Shown: in pieces, positions 23,570 through 37,197 of the stretch
How the letters are laid out: every line of letters starts with the position of its first letter
Position numbering within the stretch: position 1 is the stretch's first letter
Origin: Takakia lepidozioides
Lineage: Eukaryota; Plantae; Bryophyta
Assembly (NCBI GenBank): GCA_030704615.1
Contig: CM060733.1
Span: 75,144,001-75,208,000, forward strand
Reading direction: 5' to 3'
DNA length: 64,000 nucleotides
Position numbers and translations under genes: made by a program
Notes under the pieces: generated by a model
The model's input: only the letters and a program-made list of their open reading frames with translations
What the model was told of the DNA's origin: nothing
Database searches by the model: none

Positions 23570-26569
23570 ATACCCCTTCTACCAGGGAGCTTCCCCGCAC
23601 GCCATCCTGGCAGTCTTGTGTGCACATCTCCCATGGCGGAAAACCCGAGCGCTACAGTGTACTGCCCTCCTCACGAGCATAGAGCTTCATTTCCGTGCAG
23701 AGGGGACATCTGCCGGGTGATGGAGAAATATCTGTGCGTTCGATACCACCTGAAACCGGGTCGGTTTTTTGGAGGAGGAAAGGAATGACTCTAACGGCCT
23801 TGTTGTCGAGAGTATTGTTGTGATCCACGATGATTTCGGCGATGGCAGGAATGACGAGTCCACCATCGGACAGCGTCATATACAGGGCTGTTGGGGACTT
23901 CATTTGCCCGCCAAATGCACCTTCTATCCTGGCGCCTTCCACGAAACAATCCGCGAATCAGAGTGGCTACCTCAAAGAGAGAAGTCCGCAACGAAGTAAA
24001 TCCAGAGCCGAACCCATCCATGAAGACGAGCGAGAAGGGTTGTTCACAACCTGTCCGACTCAGACGAGGTCATGGAAGTTCCGAGGTCGTCCTGGAGATC
24101 AGGCAAGTCCTCAATGGACGTCAGTGGAGGAGGGAGTCATATTCCCAGCACGAGCACCGCAATTCGATCTATTCTTGAAATTCTGCGAGGGCTTCACCTG
24201 GAGGGACACCGGTCGGAGCTGGCCGGGCTGGACTACAGCAAGTTTGCAATTAAATCGGTTAAATGCCTTCCGCCGACGTCGACGGTAATATCTTCTTTGA
24301 GTTCCCTCCTCGGGCGGACTACTCGAGGGCGTCCGGAATGTTGACAGATATGGATAGAAAACATGACGGTCATCCTTGGTGCGTTACCGAAACCACCAGC
24401 ATGAAGATGCTCGATGGTGTGCGGGTGCGCTACGTTGTTTGTGCGGGCGCGTTGCGGTGTTTCCCCAACTTGCTTCCACTTTAAATCCAGAGGTCACAGG
24501 AACGAGACCGATTGGACAGGCACAGCTCATCAACCATTTTGAGCTCAGGAGAAGGTTCCGAACTCCACATTTAAGTGTGCGCATTGCAAAGAACCACCAC
24601 ACTGCATGTCTGTTTGTAATGCCAAGCAGTTCTATGTGTTGCACCGTTTCCCTGACCTCACCCGAGCTTGCATACACGTTGGTTCCCATTGTCACAAATT
24701 GGCGAGGGGAACTCGCGGGAGGCTGCCCACGAAGCAGAGCTCGTTCAGGAGGAGGTTAAGTTGAGACCGGGTGCCAAACCCAAACAGATACAGCTCCAAG
24801 CCGCCCATAAGATGGCATTGGCCAGAATTATGTCGAAAGACGGCTCCGATAGAGTTCCTCTCGACGAGAAGGAAATGGAGGCATGCTGGAGTCGGTGTCC
24901 CACGTATGTTCACCGAATGTACAAAACCACATTGTCTCATGCAAACAGAAAATTGGGCGTGGCTCGGATATGCACTCCATTCTGGGAGGTGAAGCGACGA
25001 TGTGGATATGACTACATTCATGGAAGTAGGTTTCCAGGACAAGGGACTGAGGCAGATCGTTGTTTCGTATCAAAATGTCCACGTGTGGACCTGGCAGCGG
25101 CGTCGAACTGGTCGACAGGATGACGAGTGGGAACTTGTCAAACAGTTGGGTCATGTTCGACCATATCAAGCGAATTACAAATCACCAGTGGGTGACAATG
25201 GGTGCACATGTCTACGACACCCACTGCAGGATGCTAATGACAATTGCTATTTGTGAGATGAAAGGAGAGGACACACAATCGGAGATGCTTCTTTGCAGGG
25301 AATAAACGAACAGATGGCCAAGGCGGGATTGCCCCCTCCCAATTTCCGTGGTTTCATGGCGGACAACGCACAAGCAAATTGGGCTGCCATCCAAAGGGTG
25401 TACGGGCAAGACCCCAATGTTCCCATGGAAGGCAAGGAGAGATCTTGTGGGTTCCATTTTCTGCAGAGCCTTTCGCAGTACACAACCAGGCTCGTGGCGC
25501 CAGATTTCAGAGAGGAGCACCGTTCCATGTGCCTTGCGTGGAAGCGCGCTCCCACCTTGGATGATGCAGAATCACAGTTTGCATGCATACGAGCTTGGTG
25601 GACATCGTCAGGTGCTGTAAGGAAATCAGACGAGAGAGCAATGGTCAGTTGGCTAGCATGGTGGCATTATCGTTTCCTCCAGTTCGGCGACTATATGCGG
25701 GAGGTGAGTTGCACGAATTTGCGTCCCGTTGAATATTATTCTTGGCCATATTTGTAACTTGCTTGTAACCTGAACATGTGCTTGTGCAGGAAATGTGTCT
25801 CGACTCCGACACCGACATGCCCACGACAAACATGGCCGAATCAGTGCACTCTTCCTGGCGTGCCTCCTCTGCAGCGCATCTAGTGGACATCCTCACTACC
25901 ACAACGAAGGACATTGTGAGGTCAATTATGCAGCAATGCAGGTACAACGAGTTCTTGAAAGGGAAACAGTGGGGCTTGGGGCCGGACAGGCAGGAAATGC
26001 TGATGCGGACTGCCTCTAGATCAAAGAATCCTCGGAAGTGGGCGGCGGCCTTGCGAGAGGGCCTTCGGGACACGCCATTGCTGCGAAGAGGCCAACATCT
26101 GGAAGGAGATGTTCATACCCGTCCAGTGAGACGAAGACTTGACGAGGCACCTGGCGGAGAAGAGGATTCATGGCAAGCTGACAAGAATATTCGCACGCTC
26201 CCTCGTGGTCCGGTGATGTTGCCCGAGGAGGTCTCGTCGAGCACCGCAAGTCCTGCACGTTCAAGATCGCCATCTCCTTTGAGCACAGGGCGCGTGCCCC
26301 GGCAACATAACGAGCCATCTGTAGTAAAGCAGTACAACATTCCCATTGTGGAGACAAGAGTGTCGGAGTCACAGTGGAGAATTGCGAGGACATTGCCGGC
26401 ATTTCGAGGGAAGTGCTGCGCCCATCCGGTGGATACGAGAGCACGCTGTGGTGAGATGATTCGGAGGAACCCACACGGTGCTGTACCTGCACCTTGTTTC
26501 AGCGGCAGATTTTTGACTCTCACATTTGCTTACGCCACAACGCAGACATTTTGGTTCTGTAGGCACGAC

Positions 26570-27010
26570 ATGCACTGGTACCTGTGTCTGGGAAAATGGC
26601 GCCGAATTTCTCTTTTTTGGGCCGAAAACTGGCTAAGTCCAACATGCACTGGTACCGAAAAAATGGCGCCGAATTCTCTTTTTTTTGGCCGAAAAACTGG
26701 CTAAGTCCCAACATGCACTGGTACTGTCTGGAAAAATGGCGCCGAATTTCTCTTTTTGGGCCGAAAAACTGGCTAAGTCCCAACATGCACTGGTACAGTG
26801 TCTGGAAAAATGGCGCCGAATTTCCCTATTTTGCGCCAAAAACTGGCTAAGTCCAAACATGCACTGGAAAAATGGCGCCGAATTACTTGTCATGAGGGGA
26901 CCTATAGCCGCGGAATTCGGCACCATTTTTCGCCAGAGAGACCTATTACCGCGAAATACGTCGTCGTTTTTTCAGGTTACGGACCCTATTACCGCGAAAT
27001 TCGGCGCCAT
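26570..27010. repeat. Subterminal tandem repeats (~70 bp) with AAAATGGCGCCGAATT and GGCTAAGTCC
   Basis: Same motifs as 11480-11885 and 62400-64000. Confidence 0.85.
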
Positions 27011-27319
27011 ATTTGCACATGTCGCTGGGAATTGGCATGAGCGGAAGACGAAATATCATGAGCACAACTGTCAAAACTGCAATTTTCCCTTCAAGGGGAC
27101 GAATAATATATTTTTGTTTTTCCTGACACATTGCATTAAATTATTGTTTTTTATTGTTTTTTATTTTCGAAATTTGTACTTCTGCTCATGAAAACCGATT
27201 GTCTTACTACTCTGCTCATGCCGCTCATGCCGCTCATGCTCATGAAATAGCAAACCTCCTCTCCGGATGTTAACCCACGTCCACCTGTCACTGATCCTAT
27301 GGACTGTGTATCCCTGGTA

Positions 27320-27582
27320 GGCTGTGTTGAGCTGTGACAGGCTGTGTCATACTGTGGTACGCTGTGATATGTTTGTTTGCACTGTGGTAAGCTGTGATAG
27401 GCTGTGACACGCTGTGGTAGGTTGTGATAGGCCGTGTCACGCTGTGATGGGCTGTGATAGGTGTGACACTGTGATGGGCTGTGATAGGTGTGACTGATGG
27501 GTTTTGATAGGCTGTGCCACACTGTGATGGGTTGTGATAGGCTGTGTGACACTGTGATGGGTTGTGATAGGCTGTGCCACAC
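27320..27582. repeat. Minisatellite (CTGTGATAGG/CTGTGACAC-like)
   Basis: Directly visible short tandem repeats. Confidence 0.8.
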
Positions 27583-30500
27583 TTGTACTACCCGTCCTGG
27601 TCATATACACTCGGCTTAGCGACAAGTGCTCCATACTCTGTTGGTATCACTGGCGCAGCCCGTGACTGCTTCTGTGTTTCAACATGCAAATCATGTTGCA
27701 ATGGTTTGTCATGGATTCCACTGTACCCCTTCAACTTATTGGCATTGACTCTTCCCAGCATCTCCTTGTTAATGGTTTGTAACATGGTTGTGTTGTTATC
27801 ATATCTTCTCTTCTGTATGACATAAGGTCCTTTCCATGGTGATTTAAGCTTATAAGCTTTAATCTTCCCCTTCTTCTGCAACCAGAGAACCAAATCTCCC
27901 TTTATTTTGCCTTCATCAAACTGTTCCTTCCTCTTCATCTGAATTCTCTGGTTATCAGCTGCATCAGCACGTACTTCTTCCACATGGTATAATTCATGTT
28001 TCCTGACCTTAATTGAATCTTGCAATTCCATTCTCTTTCCCCATTCCGTTCTCATGGTAGGTAACAAAGAATTCCACTGGAAGTAAAGCTTCCATACCAT
28101 AAACTAATTGGAATGGTGTATACTTAGTGGTGACTTTATATGAAGTCTTGTATGACCACAAAGCTGTCAGCAGCTTCGTATCCCAATCCGTTCTGTTTGC
28201 ATTGACTATCTTAGCCAAGATAGTACATATTTTGTTGGTAGCCTCTGCCTGCCCATTACCTTGTGGTAACGTTGTACTCTTCCTATGCACAATCATGAAC
28301 TCTTTAGTCAATAGATCAATGGTCTCAATAATGAAGTGACTTCCCTTATCACTGATAAATTCCAAGGGACAGCCAAATCGTGTAAGTATGTTCTCATACA
28401 GGAACCTTGCTGTGGACTTGGCTGTGTTGTCCCTCAAAGCTTTAGCTTCCACCCACTTCATAGTATAATCAGTGGTTGTAATTATGTACTTGTTCTGTGT
28501 ATTCTTGGCCGGTGGGTTAATTGGTCCAACAAAGTCTAGTCCCCATTTCTGAAATGGTTTCAGTAGGCATCGTAGGATGCAAAGCCATCTTCCCAGATCT
28601 CTGCAAAGGTCCTAGCCTCTGACATTCATCACAACTCTGACAATAGTTGTGTACATCTTTGAACAAAGTAGGCCACCAGTAACCTGCAAGTAGTATCTTC
28701 CTACTAGTAGTCTTTTCTCCATAATGACCTCCAGCCACTCCTTTATGAACTTCTTCCAAAACTTTATTTACTTCATGGTGGTACAAGCATCGTTTAAGTA
28801 CTCCATCAGGTCCTAGCTTATACATTCTGCCCCCTACCATAGTATAAGGTAAAGCCTTGATAGCGATTCTCTTCCTCTGCTCCTTACCATAACTAGGTGG
28901 GCCCTGACCATGAGTAAGGTAATATCTGATTGGCCACTGCCAATCTAACCATTCATCTGCACTTCCTTGCACCTCCATTGCGAATAAACTCGCATCAGGT
29001 AATTGGTCGTCTACTCCTGTGGCGGCCTCTCCTGTTGTTAGGCGTGACAAATGAACTGCCACAAGATGCAAACGGCCAGGCTTGTAAACAACTTCGAACT
29101 CAAACTCGTGCAAGATTATTAACCACCTCGCTATCCTTCCACTTATCAAAGGTTTGTTCACCAGATATATCAGAGCATGGTGATCCACAAAAAACATAAA
29201 CTTTCTTCCCAATAGGTAATGTCTGAATTTCTTGATTGCATAAATCATTGCCAGTGCTTCTCTTTCAGTTGTGCTATAGTTCCTTTCAGCACTGTTCATC
29301 AACCTGCTAGCATAGTACACAGGTGAATCTATATTTCCTATAACATTTTGGGCTAACACCGCTCCCAACGCTTCTCCTGAGGCATCAAGTGAACATGGAA
29401 TACTACATGCCAGTGAGGGTTAATCAGCACAGGTGTAGTTGTTACTGACAATGTAAGTTCCTCAAAAGCCTGTTGACATTCAGCTGTCCATGCAAACACT
29501 GCATCTTTCTTCAGAAGCTTGCTCAATGGTGCTGCTATCTGTGCATACATTTTGACAAATCTTCTGTAATAACTGGTTTGTCCAAGGAATCTCCTTAAAC
29601 TCTTAACATTTACTGGTGGTGGTGAGGCTTTAATGGCCTCTGTCTTCTTGGGATCCACAAGAAGTCCCCTCTTACACACAATGTGTCCCAGAAGCACCCC
29701 TGAGTTCACACAGAAAGTACACTTCTCTGGATTCAGGCCCAGACCTCTCATTCTGCATCTGGCCAAACATAACTCCAATTTATGCAAGTGCTCATTCTTA
29801 GAGCTGTACACACTGAAATCATCCAAGAACACCTGCATGAAATCATCCAGATACTCATGAAAAAATTCACTTATCACTCTCTGAAAGGTTGCTGGTGCAT
29901 TACAAAGTCCAAAAGGCATGACTTTGTATGCATAAGCACCCCAGTCTGTGATGAAAGCCGTCTTTCCCTGGTCTCTTCTGCCACTTGCACTTGATTATAA
30001 CCACTGAAGCCATCCATGAATGAGTACATCTCATGGCCTGCCACAATGTCCAATACCGCTTCTGTATGGCAAAGGGAAAGGATCTTTCTTCGTGCAAGCA
30101 TTCAACTTCTTATAGTTCACACAAACTCTCAGTTTACCATTCTTCTTGGGAACTATCACAATGGGTGACAACCAAGTTGTATACTCTATCGGGTATATAA
30201 ACTTAGCCTCAGCCAACTTCTTGATCTCTTCTCCAACCTTCTGTGCATAGTTGGGATTCATTCTGTACCTTGCCTGTTTAATTGGTACTGACCCTGGTTC
30301 CAGTTCAATCTTATGCTAACAGATCTCAGGTGGTATCCCTTTTAGATCCTCGTAGCTCCAAGCAAATACATCTCTGTATTTGATGAACAAACTCTTAGCT
30401 TCCTCAAAGAATTCTGGCTCCAAATCAGCCCCTACCTTCACCATCCTCGGTTCCTCTTCAGTTCCCACATTCACTTCTCTCACCTGCTCATCAGCTGTGA

Positions 30501-31543
30501 TTGTCCAACCAGTCACCACTTCATCCTGTAAACTCACAGTGGCTGGTTCCTCTAGGATTTCCATTTCTCCTTCTCTTTCATAAAAATGTGTGGTGGGTAA
30601 CTGCTTATTTCACCCTCAATTGGTGTTGTTGTCACTACACCACAACAGATACCTTTTAAACAACTTAGGCCTTCCAGTTGCAGCTCTGCAACCTGTTCCC
30701 ACTCTGGATGTGCAGCGAATAGGGTAGCTTCCTGCTCCTCATCCAGTCCTCCCCTCCAGTCATACTCCCTGACCCCTCGAGGTCTTCTCGTAGCAGGTAA
30801 TCTACTAGATTTCTTAGTGGTAATTTGTATCTTGTGCATCCATTATGCACAGTTAGTAACTGGGAATTCCAGTCATGGAATACCCTGGCCTGTTTTCAGC
30901 CACGGACGTCCCAACAATAAGGAGTAAGCTTCCATGACTTCATCCATTTTTAACACAGTTACTGTGATCATAAAGATCATCTTTTGAATCTGTATCTTAA
31001 CTCCTCTTATCAATCCCAATGGCTGTACACTTCTTTGATCTGCCATTGTTACTGTAAATGGGGCTGGTTTCATGTTACTTAGACCAAGCTTCTGCCTTAA
31101 TTGGTCTGTCATGATATTCACTCTAGAGCCTCCATCTATCAGTACATCAGTTAGTTCTGTGCTTCCAATTCTCAATTGGATTACTGGCATAGAATCATCA
31201 AAGTCCATGACTGCTTCTCGCCCTTCCGGCTTCACATTATAACTAGTCACCTTGCTGTTCAGGTCTGTGTTTCTTGTCACATGGGCAATTCGATTGATTG
31301 CTTGATACAGCCTGTGTCTACAATAAGGTGCCACAGCCAATAGCTGTCCAATGGTAATCTCTGCTTTGGTCTGGCAAATTACTTCAGCCAAAGTCCCTTC
31401 ATTACTCTGCATGTCTGCAACTTCTTTCTTCCTTTCATCCTCACTCACTTCTTCTTCTCCATCAGAATCAGATGAATCTGCCATAGGAATATCAGTACTC
31501 TTCTGCATTTCCCTTATGGTATCTGCCACTTCTTTGTGCAGTT

Positions 31544-31881
31544 TGTCAAGTTAAATAAGCACAGTGTGAAAACAGCTAGAATAAAACTAGTTATTTGTAT
31601 TTAACACTTGGATTTAGGTCAAGTGTTAAATCAGGTGTCAAGTTTAGTTTGACACCTGGTCCGTCTTATCTTCACGAGAGCGGCAGTCGCGCAGCTCATC
31701 TCTCTCGAGTTGAGCCTGCGCGACCGAGCTCCTTCATGTGCTTATGATGGGAGTGTAGGTTGTTGTGGGGTGGAGTCCCCATAGCTTGGGGTGCCCTTGG
31801 CTCGACTTCTGTTTTAAAGAGTGATAGCGATGGATTCATGTTGTTTCTGGTGTGAGCAGTGTGTTTTCTAGTTTTCTTATC
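31544..31881 (+). repeat. Terminal repeat A1 (338 bp) with two internal hairpins
   Basis: Near-identical to 42977-43313; TTTAACACTTG..CAAGTGTTAAA and CAGGTGTCAA..TTGACACCTG. Confidence 0.93.
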
Positions 31882-31898
31882 ACTCGAGAGAGATGAGC
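31882..31898 (+). promoter_or_regulatory. Putative self-priming PBS
   Basis: ACTCGAGAGAGATGAGC is the exact reverse complement of 31694-31710 inside repeat A; no tRNA-type TGG start. Confidence 0.7.
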
Positions 31899-31956
31899 GT
31901 TATCTAGTGTGCTGGTGCTAAGCTAGATACAATGTTTGTTTTTAGCACTATTATAA

Positions 31957-32400
<444 letters not shown>

Positions 32401-33067
32401 TAAGCAGCTGCGCAAGAGCTGCAAAGCTGGGAAAATGTTGACGAGGATGCTGCGACAGCAACCAAACCCTGCAAGCCATAACCAAATTTGTGGCCGCTTG
32501 AGCAGGAAGTAGGGAATAATCAGGTGTACAAGTCATGTGGGGCCTCTCTGTTTCGGGAGAGACGTCTTCAAGATCAACACTCGCTTGTGAGGGAGCAGGA
32601 GCCAGCGCAAGGCAGGGGAGGTGAATCAATCCAGAGACGGCGTTTCTCTGAGAGGTGAATCAATCCAAAGACGGCGTTTCTCTGAGAGGTGAATGCCATC
32701 GGAGATACACTGTCCACAAACTGCATCCTGAAGAGATTGTCTGCCCAGAACGTAGCGGTAAATTGCGAGCTGGGTTGTAGTGTTAGGCAACTCGATGTCG
32801 GGGGCTGCTGCAGAGCGGCAGAGCGGCAGATGCACTCCAAAGTAGTGGTTTGCAGGAAGAGAAGTAGCAGCTCATGTGGTTTGAGGGTCAGGCCCGCAAG
32901 AAGACTTACAGTTATCTAGTTATACACGTCCTGAATCGCATGTCGTCCGTGCTGCACCATTGGGGAGTCCGGTCTCATTAAGGGGGCCAGCTTGAAGCGC
33001 AGGTCATTGGGCTGTGTGTAGTGCCATCCATACTTAGGTATTTGGGCCTCAGGAACCAACAGCAGGG

Positions 33068-33280
33068 TTGCAAGCGTGGCGATCTTCTCATGCTCCCCTT
33101 TCCATCGCGTCCCGGCCTCAGCCCACAACGGTGGTGAGAGCTGTGGCAGCTATTGCGGAAGTACAGAAGAAGTGGGAAAGTTTGGATGGTGACATAGACT
33201 ACCTTACCAGGTCTACGAGACTTGTCCAGTGGTATCCTGGGCACATTGCCAAAGCGGAAAGATCACTCAAGGAGCTATAA
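33068..33280 (+). pseudogene. Captured N-terminal fragment of an organellar RbgA/YlqF-type GTPase
   Basis: VQWYPGHIAKAERSLKE motif preceded by transit-peptide-like sequence. Confidence 0.75.
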
Positions 33281-35528
33281 GATCAAGCCTTGCGGATGTT
33301 GTGGGTGTCGTGCTTGTCCTTGTGTCGCTAGCAAGAAAGCCCTGTGTGTTTATGCTGGGAGGCGAATACACCTCTGATACAGTGTCTGCCACAGGCACTT
33401 GAGAGTGGAGCGCTGCATCCCTTAGAGAACCCCCAGAACTTCCAGAATGGTCAAACTGATGGTGAGAGTCCATAACCACGCCATCTGCAGATGCTCGTGA
33501 TACACTCACCTGTTCTTTTACTCCATCTGCTCCTGAGTCTCTCTGTCACCTCCATGACAGCTACAACAGATCCTCTAATCACCTACACTGAAGAGGCTGA
33601 GTTGACAGTCCGTGCCGGATCTATCCCTTGGCTGGTTAAAGACTGTTCAATGCCTCCCAAGGGACTATGAATCTCACTGGCGAGGTCCTGTGGGGGGGAA
33701 CGGCCTCGGGAACCCGTAGATAACCTGGGAACAGGTTGTAATGGCGAGAACGTTTTGGTGTTAAAAATTTATAAAAAAAAGAAAAAAAGAAAAAAAAAAA
33801 AAGTGTTATGTTTAAATAGCTTGGCTGGTCATATCTTTGTCAAATGGACTCTGTTTGACCCAGTTTTTGAGGGGATAGCTGCAGAAAGGGGAAATCTACC
33901 AATCTAGACCTGGTTTTTGTTTTTAGGACTCTGCTAAAAATCTATGGAATTTTTTTTAGAGTGTGAGTGTGCCATGAAAGATCCACAATTCTGTTTCTAG
34001 AACCTGTGCTGGTCTATATGAGAGACAAATTGGTGGATATACTCCTTGCATGGCTGGGGGAAATGAGGACGTAAATTGAAGGGCAGGTCTCTTCTCTTAG
34101 TCTGTGCACACAAGGGGACAGGATTTATGTTTCCCAAGGAACTCAGACTGATTTGAGTGGAGAACAGTTGGACGAGTTGATTGCATACTGGGAGTCAGGC
34201 ATTAGCAGTAGACAACAGACTGCTGTAGTTGGCATTGAGGGCCTCAATATCGCCTTGGACAGTCAGAACTCTGTTGGAGCCAGCAGTTCTGCAGCTGTAG
34301 GTGAAATACCAAAGTGGGTGAAAGCTAGGCTTGGAACACAGCCAAAGACAGCCCCGGGGACCAAGGTGTTTAGCCACAAGGCCGTGGTGTACTGGAGCAG
34401 AGGAGCAGGAGCTACACAGGTTTGTGCAATCAGACATGGTTGCAGCCGGATACGCTCTGGCACAGGGCAACCACGAGCGGGGGTTCATCAGCAATGACAT
34501 GTTTGTTGTGCGTGAAGGAGATGCAGTCATTCGCAATGAGGACACCCGCAACCGTCTCAAAGCTTTCGAGTTGAGAGACTATCAGACCCTACCTTTGTTT
34601 CTTTAGTGTTCAGTGAGCGGGAGATAGGGGAGTATTGCTTTGTCTCTACCTGGCAGAAAGAGGAGGATGGTTGGTTAGAGCGAGCTACTGTAGCTTGGGA
34701 CAAGGTTAGTGGCAGGTTTCTGGACATAGATATACCTCCTACACCTTACCATCATGCAGAGCGAGGCACTTTGAGAGAAGTCTGGCAGTTGATAGCATAG
34801 ATCAGGATTAGATCTTGCTTGGTCGGGCTTCTATTTCTCCCCTCCATCTCTGTACTATTTTCATTACCTTGTACTTGTAGTTGCCAAAGCCTCTCTTGGT
34901 GGAGGCCAGTCAGTCCGGGGTTTTGGGCTGGGCTATTCTGCAGGATCAGCATTGCAGCTGGATTTTGGTGTGGGGGTGTTGATGTTTTGATTTCTTGTGT
35001 TTGGATCCCCCCCAACACCTGCATGCTTGACTGTGCGCCATGTTGGTTTTGTGTGGCGCTTGCTTTCATAGGGATTAGGCCGGATTTGATCACCGGTCAA
35101 TCCTAGAGTATGCTATCCGGTGGTGAGGCTGGAGTGATGACCAGCAAGACCACCAGTGTTTTCTTCTATGGTGAGGCTGGGTTGATGACCAGCCAACCAT
35201 AGGAGTTCTTGCGGTGGATGCAGGTGCAGGTGCCCTGAGCCATTGGGATATGACCCTTAAACTGCAACAGGTGCCCACCCGTGTCACTATTAGATTAGTA
35301 CTAGAGCCTTATAGTGTCACGTGGAGGAGGTGCACATTGTGAGTGTCATTACGGAGTTACCCAAGGGTTTTGAGGGGAGTACGGGCTACAGGCAGTAACA
35401 ATGAGAGTGGGTTCACAAGACGAGGTATTCGGTTCATACCACCTTCACCGCCACTCAATTACTGTAGAGTCAGGACTCGGAGGCTTCATCAACAGGTGTG
35501 CACTTTCATTCGCCATTGTTGTGGGACG

Positions 35529-36777
35529 ATGGAGGAGATGTATGGAGCTACCAAGGGACCTCGTAGGTACTCTGGAGCTGTGGGCACAATCGAGTTGGAT
35601 GACTTTATCCAGGAGTTCGACAGCTGGTGTGATTTGCAGCAGATGCGCAATCCACAGCTATTCACCCCATTCATGGCGTGGAAGGGACTGTTCCAGCATT
35701 TGGAAGGCCTGCCTATGGACGATTACCACGAGTTCAGGCGAGGACATGAAGCAGAGATTGAGGAGTGGAGGATGTATTGGTCACCTGACTACGTCTCCAT
35801 TACTCGAGGCATGACGCGACCAGTAGCTGCATCAGTACCAATAGCTCCCACTGCCAGCACTAATAGTGGAGCAAGTAGTGCTGGTACTTCTGTAGGTGGT
35901 ACCAGTTCAAAAGGTGCTACTACTCCTCTTGCCACGACTACAACACATGTGCCTAGATTCAACCCGGTGGTGGAGTTCTTCCAGGAGTTGCGGAGGAACT
36001 ACCAAGGTGTACGGACAGAGAAGCTGCGAAGTTTGCAAGACTTCCAGCGCAAACCCAGTGAGAGCCTGCGAGAGGCGTACACTCGTATGAGGCGCTTGAT
36101 AAGTGTGACCCAAGGGGTTTACTGAAGCTCAGGCAATCCAGTTTTGGTATGGAATTCTGGATAAGGAGCTCAAGAGAAGGGTGCAAGATGCAACCCTACA
36201 AGCAGCCCAACCCACATTAGCAGATGTGTTTCTGCTGGCTGAGCGGATTGAGCTCAACATGGTGGAGGAGCGAGTTGTTACCATTGGATTTGGCAAGGAC
36301 ATGCCTACACGAGGCGTAGCTGCCAGCCCACAGGCACAAGGAACCGCTCAACAGCGTGGTCAGGGGGGCAAGGTTGTCCAGCCCAAGTTCCATGGAGCTT
36401 ACAGGGGACCTCAGGTGCAGAGGCCCGTGGCATCTTTTGCAGGCCAACAACAACCAGGGGTGATATGTTGGACATGTGGAGGACCCCATGTCAAGAGAGA
36501 TTGCCCAGAGAGTGGCAAAAGGCCGGCACAAGCACAGCCTGCACAGTTGCAGTGTGGGCATTGTGGCAAGTATGGGCATGGAGATGCCCAATGTTATGAC
36601 TTGCATCCTGAGTTGCGCCCAGGCCAGTTCCAAGGGAACAATGGTGGCCGGGGGCGAGATGGACCAGCCCAAAGAGGACGAGGTGGTCGGGCACGAGGTG
36701 CAGGCCAAGGGCAAGCTCCACATGGCCAAGGACGCGGAGGTCAGGGTGTTGACCAAGGCATGGCCAATCGGCTTTAG
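35529..36777 (+). pseudogene. gag with two zinc knuckles (frameshift ~36120)
   Basis: FQRKPSESLREAYTRM; CWTCGGPHVKRDC; CGHCGKYGHGDAQC. Confidence 0.8.
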
Positions 36778-37197
36778 CAGCTAGAGCAGAGGCTCGCTGC
36801 CATGGCTATAGCTCAGGCGGTACCGGCTCCCAGGCGGGATGGTCCACCTCCTGCTCCTGAGGGAGGAGATATGGGAGGCATGGGATTCATGTGCAGAGCA
36901 GCACTACCACTAGAGCAGGTGGAGTCTGCTGCAGCCGTGACTCGAGGAGCAGCACGAGTTCCTGAGCCCACGAGGTGCAGAGGTGGAGTTGGATCCACAC
37001 GTGGGGAGGCAAGCCGTCAGGCAAGGCTGCCTCAGTCGTTCACCTTGGCGAGACAGTGTCAACGCCATCCATGGCACCTAGTTCTCGCGCCGACTGTTAC
37101 CGAGGCGGACATTACTATGCCATTGGGGAGAGCTACACGTGTAGCACTGACACCTGCCACCAAGGCTAGTGCAGCCGGTGTGTTGTTGGGGGCAGCC

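Larger units (their letters stand above)
16480..26575 (+). pseudogene. Mutator-like transposase of element A (GCM-like + DDE), split by the LTR insertion (pieces ~16480-16644 and 23575-26575); lacks the SWIM region seen in family B
   Basis: RKHDGHPWC..CAGALRC..HVGSHCH; WVMFDH; FMADNAQA; CGFH; intron 25703-25789; NMAESVH; colinear with family B. Confidence 0.8.
8829..27258 (+). mobile_element. Mutator-like DNA transposon A (about 11.5 kb native plus nested LTR element) carrying a ParB-methyltransferase cargo gene
   Basis: Short TIRs with core GCTATTTCATGAGC and CATGAGC repeats at both ends; 8-bp direct repeat CTCTCCGG at 8821-8828 and 27259-27266; MULE transposase inside. Confidence 0.85.
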
